From assembly GCA_051362555.1 (NCBI GenBank), contig CM120641.1, positions 43,220,401 to 43,284,400 on the forward strand: a DNA stretch of 64,000 nucleotides. The letters run 5' to 3'. The notes under the pieces were generated by a model. The model was not told the origin of the DNA. It saw only the letters and a list, made by a program, of their open reading frames with translations, and did not search any database. The translations under genes were made by a program, and so were the position numbers. The DNA comes from Lingula anatina. Its lineage: Eukaryota > Animalia > Brachiopoda. The first letter of the stretch is position 1, and each line of letters starts with the position of its first letter. Below are positions 1 through 12,548 of this stretch, in pieces.

Positions 1-3000
1 ATGCAAAGTTTACGTTAGGTCAGTTAATTGACTGTTCAGCCTTGACTTTTATGTCCCTGGGGTACCTTTCCTGGAACCACTCTTCACTGACAACGAGAAG
101 TTCTCCTGCAAGTAGTCATAGATTGCTGTGTTTGAAAATACATAATAAGACTATTGGTATTAACAAGAATGTATTAACAAGGAAAAAGAGCACTCCAAGA
201 ATAATGGCCACCGCCTGGAAGGTTATTAAATTATTTAGGAGATATTTGGAGACTAGGATTATCATTACATTTCAATCAAACAGCACTTCTTTCCTTCCTT
301 AATAATGTCTTTCTTGGAAATATCATCATTTTTATGAGATATCTTACTCTCTAACGAATAAATGTACAGACTAATCATCGCACATGAAAATTTCCTTCTA
401 CGAGTACCTAGCTTCTTTGCAGGCCCATTTACATTGTGGGACAACCCAAATCAATTGATTAAATCTTATGAAGATGTGAAAGGATTACAGGACGTAAGCG
501 TAAACTTTAAAGAATAACTAATTTCAATAAACCCTGTCTAAAAATGTCATTCCAGGAATAAAGTCATATATGATTATTTAAAATGCAATTGCGTTTTTTA
601 TCAATGATGAAAAGGTGGCAATCGGTAGACCTCTATCAAATGCATAATTGGCGACATCAAACTGATTGAAAATCATTAGTTTTCTTGAAATGTTCCAAAT
701 GTGTTCGCACTTCACTTTCACTGGTGGCCATCATTAAAAGTAAACCCACAATTTAATTTAATTATACTTTCAAATGAAATCTTAGCTGTAAATCAATCAT
801 CCTCTCAAGTGCACCGGAAGTAACAAAAACATGGCGGCACTAACTTTTTATGGACAGACACTATGGATCTGGATATTCATGCATATCAACCACCTGCGTC
901 TGTCGTCGCCGTCTCTGTACATATATGCCCTTTTCTTGTCAACACACCGTATTACCTGTTATTCTCAAGCTACCATGAATAATTTTCAAGACTAAAATGC
1001 AGCTCGAGTACAAAAACCACCCTGATTGAATAATATTTTCTTTCAACTATGCATTAAAAATTTAATTCTGTTTACACATATCGGCATTCTCAAGGTGTGA
1101 TTTTGAACTCCCATGGTCCTGAGTCCCTGTGCTACTTGTTCTAAATGGCCAAAGTAGCAGTAAAACATAATTATAAAAATTGGTGACGATTATGCTGTTA
1201 AGAATAATGTAATATTGCTTCAAAATTGTCAAGAAAAACTTATGTTGTGTACTGCCACCGTTAATTATTATCTTGATTATTCTCAAACGTACAAGGACGA
1301 TTCTTACAATGAAAATACATCTCGCGTTAAAAAACACAGCCAGATTGGATTTTCGTAAGTTCTATAAAATTCCATTCCATTCTATGAAATGTAGCTCCCT
1401 CTCCTAATTGATGTCTACTTGCTCCTTGCTGAAAAACCTCTTTCAAAATTTCGTATTTCTGAGCCTGCTTTAATACAGTCGTGCTGTATGGTATTTATTC
1501 ATTTTGATAGGGGTATGTTCATGCGGGTAGTTATAAGCTTTACTCTCGTACATCAGTATTTGTTATGGCTTTTAGTAGGACGTTATATCCCATATCTATG
1601 CCATCAACTTTGCTACAGAACCAAAAGTTAACACTGCTGCTGCGAATCCACCTTTTGTGGAGAATGATTTTCATTTCAACCCATCATCTGGTTGTAAACT
1701 TATCGAGGTAAAACTAAAAAAATAATAATACTCTTGTCAAACCATTTTCATTATGTGCTGAAATGCAACGTGTTTATTGTTTTACGAAATTGCGAAATTG
1801 ATATTAGCACCACCACTGTAATCTGTCAGTCTTTTACTGTCCTTTGTGCACACTATGATATGATATGAGCGACTATGGCTCAGTACCTCTATGAAAAACT
1901 TGCCACATCTTCACAGGGCCAAGGATAAAATGGGATTTATTGTCCTAGGATACTGTCAAGCTTATGTAATCTTTTCGCAACAGTTAATGGTTATTACACA
2001 GCAAAGAGAAAATCATGTTACTTACTATTCCAAAATACGAGCTAGTCTAATTTTCAGAATGTTCACAGTAATAGTGGAACATAGTTAAAGATTGGTCGTG
2101 CTACGCTGTTCCTATTGCATCAAAAAGTCATGTTCTATGCACTTTTATAGTTAAAACGGCTGCTCATCATTTTATGCTGTTTTTTATGTTACTGTTTCTA
2201 TCTGTTTTGTCATGCATGTATGTCCATTTTACAGCTTTGCTGCCTTATTGTTAAAATTGTCCAGTGTTTTGGATGGATATCAAACCTACGCATTTTCAGT
2301 AAAATATGTTGATTAAACCTAGGCTATTAGATAGCCAGTCGTAACCAGTTGACATTTTGACAGTTTTTGGACGTAGACTATAATAACAGTTAGTTGTATT
2401 TTTCTTTTTATAAAGGTGATAAATCAACAGATAGGATCATAACTTTCTGTGCTTAAGTGTTTTAGTTATAGAACCTTCTCTTTGCCCCAGAGTGCCGCTG
2501 AACTCTTGGTGGCTAAAAAGCTATCCAGCGTCATTTTTTATTGCTGCTTTAAAGATAATTGCTCTGCACTCAAGGTTTCATAGGCGCCTTTCCCTCCTCC
2601 GAGCAACACTTAGGATGATTACCTGACGAAGTCATTACGGCATTATGAACCTATAACATGTAAACTTACTGGTGCACTACCTGAGCCATAGCAAATTGGA
2701 GGCACACCCACGTGGTTCTTGAAGAAAGTGGTTGTCTTGGAACAGTCGCTCCGTGGATCAAGATTTTTTTTTAGTCCGGGGATAAGTTTTAAAGCTGGTT
2801 CATTGCTCGTGTGTTATATCAACAAATCGAATCAATTAGTGAGCTGCCAAGCCGTTTTCTTTCAAATACCTGTTTTCTGTGTGAGGTAACTACACTGGTC
2901 GATATGCTGCCTTTTTGGCTTAGTACCCAAGTTCCAGATAATGAGTAATGACGCAATGACGCATTGTTGCTGTCCCAGAGCTTTGACCGACGCAAGTTAA

Positions 3001-6000
3001 CGCCAAACACTGGATTATTTTTAAACACACGGGAAATGTAATGTCTGAATTATTTGGTTGATCACGTTATTCTCTGCAAAAACACATCCCTAAACATCAA
3101 TCTTTGAAGAAGAACGTTTCATCTTGCCGGTGATAATACGTACACTATGCTAAAATGAGTAGAGCTGTCAATTACGGTTCCATCTCACACAATATATAAT
3201 TTGTTTTTTAAAAAACATCATGGTTTAAATGGAAAGTTTGCGGTAGATTGTCGGCGAGATTATCAGCACAAAAGGGCCATTCAGCTCCGAGAGACCTGCC
3301 CTTTACCTGTTCAATAACATAATGAGATAAGGGCACCTAGTAACCCACTGCTTGGTTTTCCTACCAAATTGGCTACTGATTAAGTGTACGGGAAGGGCAG
3401 CGGGGGTCAATATAGAGTGGCAAAACACAGTTGGGAATATTTTGGCAGAAATATTGGCTTGAATTTGCGTGCTTTGCTCTCTGTTGTTAACCTTATTCTG
3501 GTGAACCATTTTTTGGCTGATAACTGAAAGAAAGAATATGCTTTTCTGGTACAGCAAAGGCCCTTGATAATGTAGGACAGATGCAACCCTTACTGAATTT
3601 TCCTTTAGGGTCCTAAAAGACGTGTTATGGGAAACTGGGCCAAAACCCCGTATGGTCCTACGGAACGACCGATAGAATTCCTTTAAAGTCATGTAGGATT
3701 TTTATCAAGAATCATAGTGTCCTGTGTGACATCCTATAGGAAATTTTCGTTCGATTATAACCAACATCTGCATGTGTTTATCTTTTTCGTGTACGTTTTC
3801 GACTGTTTTATGTTATTTTTGTCCAATGATGATAACCCTATTAAGCGGGCGTGTCGACAGAATGGCCAATCAGAGTTCAAACCAATGGTCACCATTGATA
3901 TATGTTAATATATTTCAATTTATGCGACTTAATTTGTACAATCCTAGCTCCTCAAGGTTAACTTCCAGTAAGGCGTTCTCGTACTTGTTTTAAGCCAAAA
4001 AATATATTATTAACTCACTTTCCTGGCGTCCTGAACAATGTTCTTTTTTCTAACCATCACCCAATTAAGGTCTGCTATATACTGTCCTATCTGTATAAAT
4101 TTTGATGCCATTTTCCTTTGTTTCAACCGAATGAACACTGACATGCTTTCCTTAGAATTTCGTCTAGTGGAGATATTTTAAAATCCTTTGAACAGATAAT
4201 ATCGTTATTTGAAAAGGATGTATTATGTTTATGGAATTTACATGTTCTAGCTGTAAAAAAATAAGACGATTTAAAACAACATCGGAAAGAAACAGGTACC
4301 GGACCGTTAACATCTTTTGCAGTGTACTATTTCATAATGGAGGCTTATCAGAGTTGAGGGAAGTGGGCCGCCTGTTTTCACTTTCCTGACCTATACAATA
4401 TGCCTGCTGTACTGCACACATCGGGAAGATCAGGAAATGGGGGAAAGGAATTTCATGTGTTCCCTCGATTTCCTGGAATCAATACATGTTGTAGCGCTAT
4501 GCTTGTTTTCTAAGTATTAAATGTAAAATACGTGTGACTCTGTTTATGTAAAAAAACTGTACATGTGTGCATGTGCATGAGTGTGCGTGCACGTGTGTGT
4601 GATATCATTTATTCATGTTTGAAACCGAAATCAAAATCCGTTCATTTCACCGACATATCTCATATCTCGTGCTTGCACAATAGCAGGAGATGTATAGCTT
4701 TGTTCTCCAAAATAACAGAAATGTCAATTTTCAAAGCCTGATTCCAGCACTCCCAGAAGGCTGATCGTTATTACAAATATGCGTTTTTGGGGGAATTGCA
4801 TGACCGCTGGTAATGTTCGTGGAATGAAGGTCGACCGTAATAATAGCTAATATTATACCAAACTCCGCAATCAGGCAGTCAACCACACTAAAACCTATTG
4901 ACAACAGTCAAGCAATATGTTACGATTAAGCTTACCATAAAGCATTTAACTTGGCAAAGTTGAAAGAAAATGAGTCTAATTTTATGGCTTATGCATGGTT
5001 TCTACAGTCAACATCTGGGTTATCTTATTGACAAAGGGGTTTGCTGTCAGAAAACAAATCCAACAAACATTGCAGCAAGAACAGTTGAAGCTGAAGTCTT
5101 TAAAAACATCGTGTTTGTTTTATATCACATGATCAAAAGTAAAATAACACGTGCAAATAAATGGGGTCTACAGTCAAAACAAAGCGCATAGTTATTCAAA
5201 TGCGTGGTTTTTGGCACCAAAAAGTGGAGTTGGCTTTGAAATGAAGGTCACGCACTGAATATCAACTTAACGTGTTAGTTAAGCAGCACATGAACAGATA
5301 GATAGAGAGAGAACTCGAGAGGGTCGGTGGCACCCCTCCCCCCTCCTTTTTACCGCCAACTTAAAATATCCTCCTCTTTTTGAAAAAAAACATGAATAGA
5401 CTAACCCCTTATCATTCAAAGCCTGATCTTATTAAGATTGCCTGAAATAACTCGGGATGCAGAGGATATTTTGTGGCAATTTCAGTCAAATTCAAATCCA
5501 TCTCTATAATACTAGTTTGGCGTGCACGTGTTTGTTAAATTTTCACACATTCGCAAAATATGTAAATTCGGCCAGGGGTCCCATGTAAATCCAAAAGCAC
5601 AACCCATTTTCCCCTGGAAAAAGATGGGAGAAAGACGCACATTATATATACTTTGAAAATATTACCCTCTTATCGAAATACATGTCTTTGATGAACACGC
5701 ATCATTTTTCACATAAATGTCACAGTAGCATATTATCTTTTGAATGTAGGACTGACGTGAAATAATATATATTCATGGAGCCATGTCGTGGTTTCATTTA
5801 GGAAAAACAAAATTACTTTATTGATCCAAAAATTACGTATAATGAATAAGCAAGCAATCATAGAAATTTGTGCTGGGACAACCATCGACTTTGTTGGTCC
5901 TTATTTTACGATACTTTCTACAGGAACTTATTTTCACCTGGCTCCATACCACATTTGCGTTTCATATAGACGTACATGTATCAAAATACACTTATATCAT

Positions 6001-6408
6001 TAATGCATTTCTTTTTTTACAAAAGAGTAAATTCAATTTGGTTTTGAACACAGTAGCTTTTAAGTTCAACTTGGAAATGGTTTTCCCATACAAAACCTGC
6101 CACGATCAACGTTCCTCGTCTGAACGCAAGTCTCGGCTGCCAGGAAAGAATCTCAAACATACAATTAAGGTCTAAACAGATCATTAGCCGATTAACAATC
6201 TACAAGCAAAATGCCGTAATGTAGGTTGTGATATCTAATCTAGACAAGATCTAGGCAACGGATATCGAATGCTTTCGTATCTAGGCGTGATTAAAAAGAT
6301 GGTATTTAGCTAAAATGATTCTTCTCTTTCGCATTCCAGACGATGGTCTGACGTCAGTAGGCACTCCGTACGACAGGCCCGCCTTCTAACCTATGGATTT
6401 ACTTGATA

Positions 6409-6795
6409 ATGAGCTCCGCGTCTGTTTACCACCAGTCTTCGAACATTCGTAACCAAACCACAGACGCCATGAAGGCTTCGGGTCCTCTCATTCCTAAAGA
6501 GCACTTATGGATTCCGTACGTCGCCTTGACGGTGATCATTCTAACTTTTTTGCTGTTTTCATTTATAATGTATCACAAGAACAAAAAGAACCGCCAGTCC
6601 CAAGGAGGGCTCAAGCACGTGGCTGTAGATAACGAATACAGAAAAGAGGTTCTCGCACGACAACGTGAACGACGCAGGGACGTAGAGATGGGAAAGAGTG
6701 CCGGAACTTCACGAACTAAAAACGCTGTGGCGCCGTTCGCTTTCATTGCAGCAGCGGCGAGCAATCGGGAAGCACAGATGTCGCGGTCGCAATGA
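6409..6795 (+). CDS. Uncharacterised small single-pass membrane protein (128 aa), paralog A
   Basis: ATG 6409 to TGA 6795. One hydrophobic helix (LWIPYVALTVIILTFLLFSFIMY) followed by basic HKNKKNR, an N-terminal NQT sequon and no signal peptide. Motifs LIPKExLWIPYVA, SFxxYHKN and DxEYRKExxxxQRER are shared with the ORF at 9991-10326, which supports real coding status. A splice acceptor-like ttccag lies near 6339. Confidence 0.75.
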   Translation: MSSASVYHQSSNIRNQTTDAMKASGPLIPKEHLWIPYVALTVIILTFLLFSFIMYHKNKKNRQSQGGLKHVAVDNEYRKEVLARQRERRRDVEMGKSAGTSRTKNAVAPFAFIAAAASNREAQMSRSQ

Positions 6796-9700
6796 CGAGG
6801 ACTTGATCTCAACTAACAAAACTGGGCGCTGGGTTGACCCTTAGATGTATTTCACCGAATTGTGTTATAGAAACTTGTTTTCATTGACAACTTGTTTTGA
6901 TTCAAGCTGTGAAATGGTGAATGACATCGCAAAGTTAAAAGAAATTTTTTATTCCACTGAAATGTTAATCGTTTTCCTACACGAGAAGGAAATGTTTCAA
7001 AATGTAAGTTCTAAAGACCCATATCACTGCATTTATTCATATAATAAAGATAGAGGATTTAGTTTATTTTGCAATTGCATTTCTTGACACTAGATGAATA
7101 TAATACGTGAACAAGACATCTGATTACATTATGTCAATAAAATAAGGAACATATACAAGGCATGAATTATCAACTAGTAGATAATACCCGTTTGTTTAAA
7201 AATGTATATATATAGGTATTTTTAATAAACTACCTTTCACTGATGAACTGTTCATGTCTTTATGCAAATAAAAGGCAAGCCTTATACTAAGGCCTACCAT
7301 TACAAGGAGTTTTAATAAGCAACTGCTTGCCATAATATCATAACATGGCAATGAAATTATTTGTCCCGTTTGATAATTGTACGGCTGTGGAGGCGAGAAC
7401 GGAAGTCACCCAGTCATAAGCGAGTGATAATACAGTCATGATCGAGCGAAGCGATGAATTATAAAATAACACGTTCGAAAAGAACAAGATCATATCATAA
7501 TTAAAGGTGAGATAGGAGGAACCGCCAGCAGGATTGATCTGTCAGGTAGAATAACTGGATAGTGGTTGAGGTTGGGGGGATGGTATATTAGCCAATTTCT
7601 TACCTTCTAACCTTGAATTGTTCTACGTCCTACCGCGTCGAAGACAATCCGACTGCGCGTGAGCATTTCGTGGTCGCTGATGAGAGAAGACTATGGCATG
7701 AGTTGACGCTTCGCATTGCGGTGACCTCTTGTCTGACGACAAACTGTGCAATATATGGTGGACTTTGAAATAAATTGTGTGCTATGCCAGTAATACTGTG
7801 ACCACAGCAAGAGAGAGTGGATATTTGCCTACACATTCAAACATGTTCATCATCCTATTATATTTGCTTGGGCCTGTGAACCGTGTGACTTGTTATTTTT
7901 CAATCTTATGGTTGTGCTTTTCATATAGCCAAATGTAAGTAACTCGATAAATATTCTCACTATTGGGCCATACCTGGAAGCAGTAATAAAATATTTAGTT
8001 GGTCGGAAATGTGAATTTAAAAAAGCTAGATTTTAAATGACGTACTTATGTCATAAAAAATATCGAAGTTTTTTATTACAATAGAGCGTGTTATATATAT
8101 TAGTTGTAGCGTGAGATAAGGATCATTTTCATTCAGAAAATTAAATCATCGGGAAAACACGTTTAAAACGTAAAAAAATTTAAACTATTAAAATCCTTTA
8201 CTGGGGTCAATGGTTCTCTTCCCGTGCTGTGCCTTTAGGTAAAAGATTTTTATTCGTCGAATAAGTTGAAAGATTGTTGACTGGTGCAATCTATCTCATG
8301 CTCAGTTCCATTAAGGTCAACTAATTTTCGGATGGTGTGACCCCCAGGGACTCAGCCTAGCTACCCCGTTTTGCCTATGACCTGATAGCGCACCTAAAGT
8401 GAATTCAATGATACATGGTTCTCTTATTCATCATTTGCAGGTTATTCTCAGCCGCATGCATGTTCAGGCCATGAAAATACACCATATATCAATAAGGACA
8501 TGTTTTTAGGATTCTTTTCGTGTTCTTAAATCTTTTTAATCTGTAAAATCAAAAAGCGGAACTGTTCAGGTGTAAAAACTAATCCACTGTGTACCACATG
8601 GCCAGTTTCCTTTCCACGGTGCAGCCTTTACACGCGATCGCCCAATCAAAAAATAAAGCATGGAAAATGATGTACTCTTCAGGGACATTCCCGCGTTATA
8701 TAGTAGACGTTTGATTAAGCCCGAATGAATATTTCATATATATAGCCAGTCGTAATCTTTTTTCCATATTCTATCACCTGGCTTTTGGCTACATTTTGGT
8801 AGTTTTTACTCATTAACGGTAGCCGTTTACCTGGTAATAACACAAGAGGGGTAGGGTTACATTTCAACCGGTCTTCAGAAAGAGAAAAACGGATGAGGCA
8901 TGTAATCTGCAAAGACAGGAAATATCGACGAAACGACTTTATCGGCTGAAGTTGATCCAATAAAAGCTTGAGAAAGAAAGAGACAAGATCGTGACATAAG
9001 AGGACACCTGATATTGCTTGATTGGTGGAAACGGTGCTTTCCGTCAGAGAGGCTACATTACCCACCCGCAGAGGCAGCAATTACCGGAACGACCTGCTGC
9101 TAATTACACACTGAATAGTACCTGAACATACTGGATATAGTTCTTGCACAGTTCTCCAGCTAGATTACACTGGTCCAGGCAAGGAGAATTCTTACTATTC
9201 TTGATTATACGGTTTTCTGGGAACCCAAAAAGGTCGGAATATATATAAGTAGACTTACAGTGTTAAAGATAGAAATCGCAGCGAATATTTACTGGAACTT
9301 GTTTGTCTACGTACTGGGTTCATTGCTCTGCGGCTATAGAAACTGGGTTTTGGTACCAAGTTTGGTATTAAGTTGAAGCCACCACCAGCGGTTATGTTGG
9401 ACAGATAACGATAAATTGGACGATGCTCTTAAAATAGTCGAAAGAAACATTGGGATTGTATTTTGTCACCGCGTGTGAATTCGTGTTTGTAACACATTTT
9501 GTAATTAGTTACTTATATGGAATGCATTTCCTGTTTCATGGACAATTGCAACGTCAAACAAGAAAAGAGGCATCGGAGTAATATTTTGGGGAAGGCAAAT
9601 TACTTATAAAGTCAACCGCTGGTCTGTTTTTGGCAACTTTTAAGGTCGTGCTATCATCTTTACAATATATTCTTCGCTTAACACAAGACCGAGTTAAAAT

Positions 9701-9990
9701 TATCGGTGCCACCAATTCACAGCTGATCCGTGGTCACGTCGAGCACAGAAAAGATTTGGACTAATACACTTTGAAATTCCTCTCTGATGGCGTTTACTGG
9801 AGCTTCGTGCGTTTTATGATCTAGATTAGACTTTGTGTCTCCAGGACATTATCTTCTAAGACTACAACAGGCGTGAATATCACACACAGATGAGGATTTA
9901 TGAGCTCCTCGTGAGTTAAGTTGATTAGAAAATGCCACAATAATCTTGAAAAAACGTCATCCGTGGATCAAGAGACGCAGAAAAGCTAAC

Positions 9991-10326
9991 ATGGCGTCAA
10001 CAAGCAAACCAACAGAGGCGAGCCAGGATCACAACGGGCACACGGGGCTTATTCCTAAAGAATATCTATGGATTCCATACGTAGCCGTTGCCTTGATATT
10101 CATCATCTTCTTGATAGTCTCATTTGCGTTATATCACAAAAATAGAAAGCACAAAGTAGGACAATCCGACCTCGTAGACACCGAATACCGAAAAGAAATC
10201 GTGAAAACACAGCGTGAACGACAGAAGCGGGGTCGGGTAGCTTCAATGGCCGGACCCAGCCAAACTCCTAGACCCAAACGGGCAATTAATACCTTTGCTG
10301 CCCTTGGCCGTAGTGCTAATAAGTGA
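9991..10326 (+). CDS. Uncharacterised small single-pass membrane protein (111 aa), paralog B
   Basis: ATG 9991 in good context (aacATGG). Protein MASTSKPTE...LIPKEYLWIPYVAVALIFIIFLIVSFALYHKNRKHK...DTEYRKEIVKTQRER is similar to 6409-6795 at amino-acid level with diverged codons. Acceptor-like tctccag near 9845. Confidence 0.75.
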   Translation: MASTSKPTEASQDHNGHTGLIPKEYLWIPYVAVALIFIIFLIVSFALYHKNRKHKVGQSDLVDTEYRKEIVKTQRERQKRGRVASMAGPSQTPRPKRAINTFAALGRSANK

Positions 10327-12548
10327 ATAATTGCATTACATACACATGACTGATCTGACATCAAATATAAACTGTAATGTTTGATGAAAGAATTCTAATG
10401 TACAGCCTCAAATTTTACCAACTTTATCATTTGAGAAGATGTTGTTTTTGGTCAAGAATTCTTAGTGTGGCAGATTGGTTTCTGAAAGTGTTAGCAACGC
10501 CCCGGTATATAGACCCTACATACGTGGCAATTAAAGGTAAAATGTTTCATGTATCAATAACACAGCTATAATATTGCATATATGTTAACACTTTCATTCT
10601 TAAACTTATCAATATGCCATATAACTCACTACTTTCTCTATTTATCAATTTGCGGTTGTTGATATGACGATGCAACGATTTCTTCCAGTACAAGACTTTT
10701 ATTACCCAAGAGACAATGACGATTGTTGTGTATGCCAAGACGCTTATATATTGACCTATGATTATTTATTATACATATGTATTATTCATTCAGTTATGTG
10801 CGTGTTACACCCATCGCATATAACGCTTCACACTATGTTCAAATTCAGCCCACTTGTCCATTTCATGTCATGAATATTGAGTTTGTATGCCAAATCTTTA
10901 TGACTTATTTTTGGACTTTCTATTGGCACTAATACAAAACTTTAAATGCGGAATGTAATAGATATAATATTCACGGTTGCCAAGTTATTGCGATCGTTCT
11001 GAGGACCAAAATACTCGGAAGGGCAGACCTCTGTATCTATTCTAAGCCAAGCAAACCCCATTGCCGTTTATTCCTGTTGAACTAACAAGAAACTCCCGCC
11101 AATAAGCTCACCTTGGCACAGGCAACCATAACTTGTTGTTCATCATTTTGTTCTCACAATAGAAACTAATTCCGTGTTTGTTCATGTAATGTTTTTGTTT
11201 TGCCAGCAAACGTGCGTGAGTCAATCCGAACCATACTTTTCTTGATTAAATAAATTAAAAACAATGAGCTCATATGAGATTACTAAACCTATTCGTGGGA
11301 TAATACGCTCAAGAGTAAAAGAGTGACCAGAATTACGCCAAAGAAAAACATTTGTGTTTCTAATAGAAGGCATTATCCGTTCAGGGATGGTTTTCTTTCT
11401 TGCGAAGAACAAGAGGGAGGAATGCACCCCGAGTTGTAGAACGCTGCACGGTGCCGGTTTAAACATTTATTTGAAAAGTTACTGCGGCAAGACTACAGCC
11501 AGCTCTTTGACACTGAGGGTGACAAAAGTGGGAAGGTTTTCGGGAACAGGAGAGAAGAAAAGTAACAACTTCCGCGGTTTTTCATAACTTGTTAAGTAAA
11601 CAAGTTAAGCTAAAAGAAAAACCACAGGATTGGTATATGGATATGATGGCATGTCGCAGACAGACAGACGAATACTTGACTGTCTAATTATAACGTTATG
11701 ACAATTTTTTGAACAAATTTACATTGAACCATAGAGAAACATTTTACAACACAATATTTTACAGAATATTTCCTTTGACGACTGAAAATTTGGCTTGTCG
11801 ATATCAATTTTTTGGTCTCTACACTTTGGAAAACGGAAATTGCTGTAAAATCCTGTATTATATTTATATTAAAGTTCTCTGCGTGAGCTGTTCATTTTGT
11901 TGACTGTTTTACGCCTTTTGGAAAGAATTGGTAATATGACTCTGGTAAAAAGAATATCAATTCTAATTCAATTAATGACCGATATTAAACGTGATTATAG
12001 TCAGGAAAAGAAGCATGGATTCCTTCACTTTTAGTCCAGAATAATAGTCAAAGTTAAACTGACACAAAAAATAACAGGGGCCACAGGTTCTGTAGCACTC
12101 GCCCGCAGAAAGCTTTTCACGACCTGCTCCTGTTGAACCATATTTTAAGTTTAACTAGTTTATGTTACGCATGTGTTGGAAACACAAAGTGGCCAAGCAT
12201 AAACCATAATACAGCCAACAAAACTCAAGAACACTCGTTTTTTTAGGGGGAGGGAAATATAGCAAAAATCTACACTTAGTCACAGACAAACAAACCACAC
12301 GTCATTCCAATTACGTGATCAGATGGTGTTTAAATTTAAGAAGTTGAAATCGTGACACGGGGTCCGTGAAGATCTTTTTTAGGATTATCGTAGTCATTCT
12401 CTTCTGGAGCAAGGGTTTTCCATTCGGGCGTCCTTTGCTCCGGGCCAGCAGGCTTTAATTAGGATCAGGGACGCTGGTACGTGAGGCCGGGGATAAAGTG
12501 CACCTCGCAGCCAGCCAGCAGTATTTGCTTGCCGCCGCGTACAACACC

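Noticed and set aside
18-104. Possible minus-strand terminal exon (cttgcag|GA ELLVVSEEWFQERYPRDIKVKAEQSIN*)
   Set aside because: Plausible acceptor and protein-like composition, but no upstream exons or family could be linked.
423-1707. AG..GT-bounded open segments on the plus strand (423-493 and about 1579-1707) and ETS/YY1-like motifs CCGGAAGT..AACATGGCGGC at 815-839
   Set aside because: Translations are unrecognisable and no coherent gene model could be built; such motifs also occur inside MITEs.
3580-3850. Repeat-like tcctatagg/tcctacgg segment resembling a decayed MITE
   Set aside because: Termini and TSD could not be defined.
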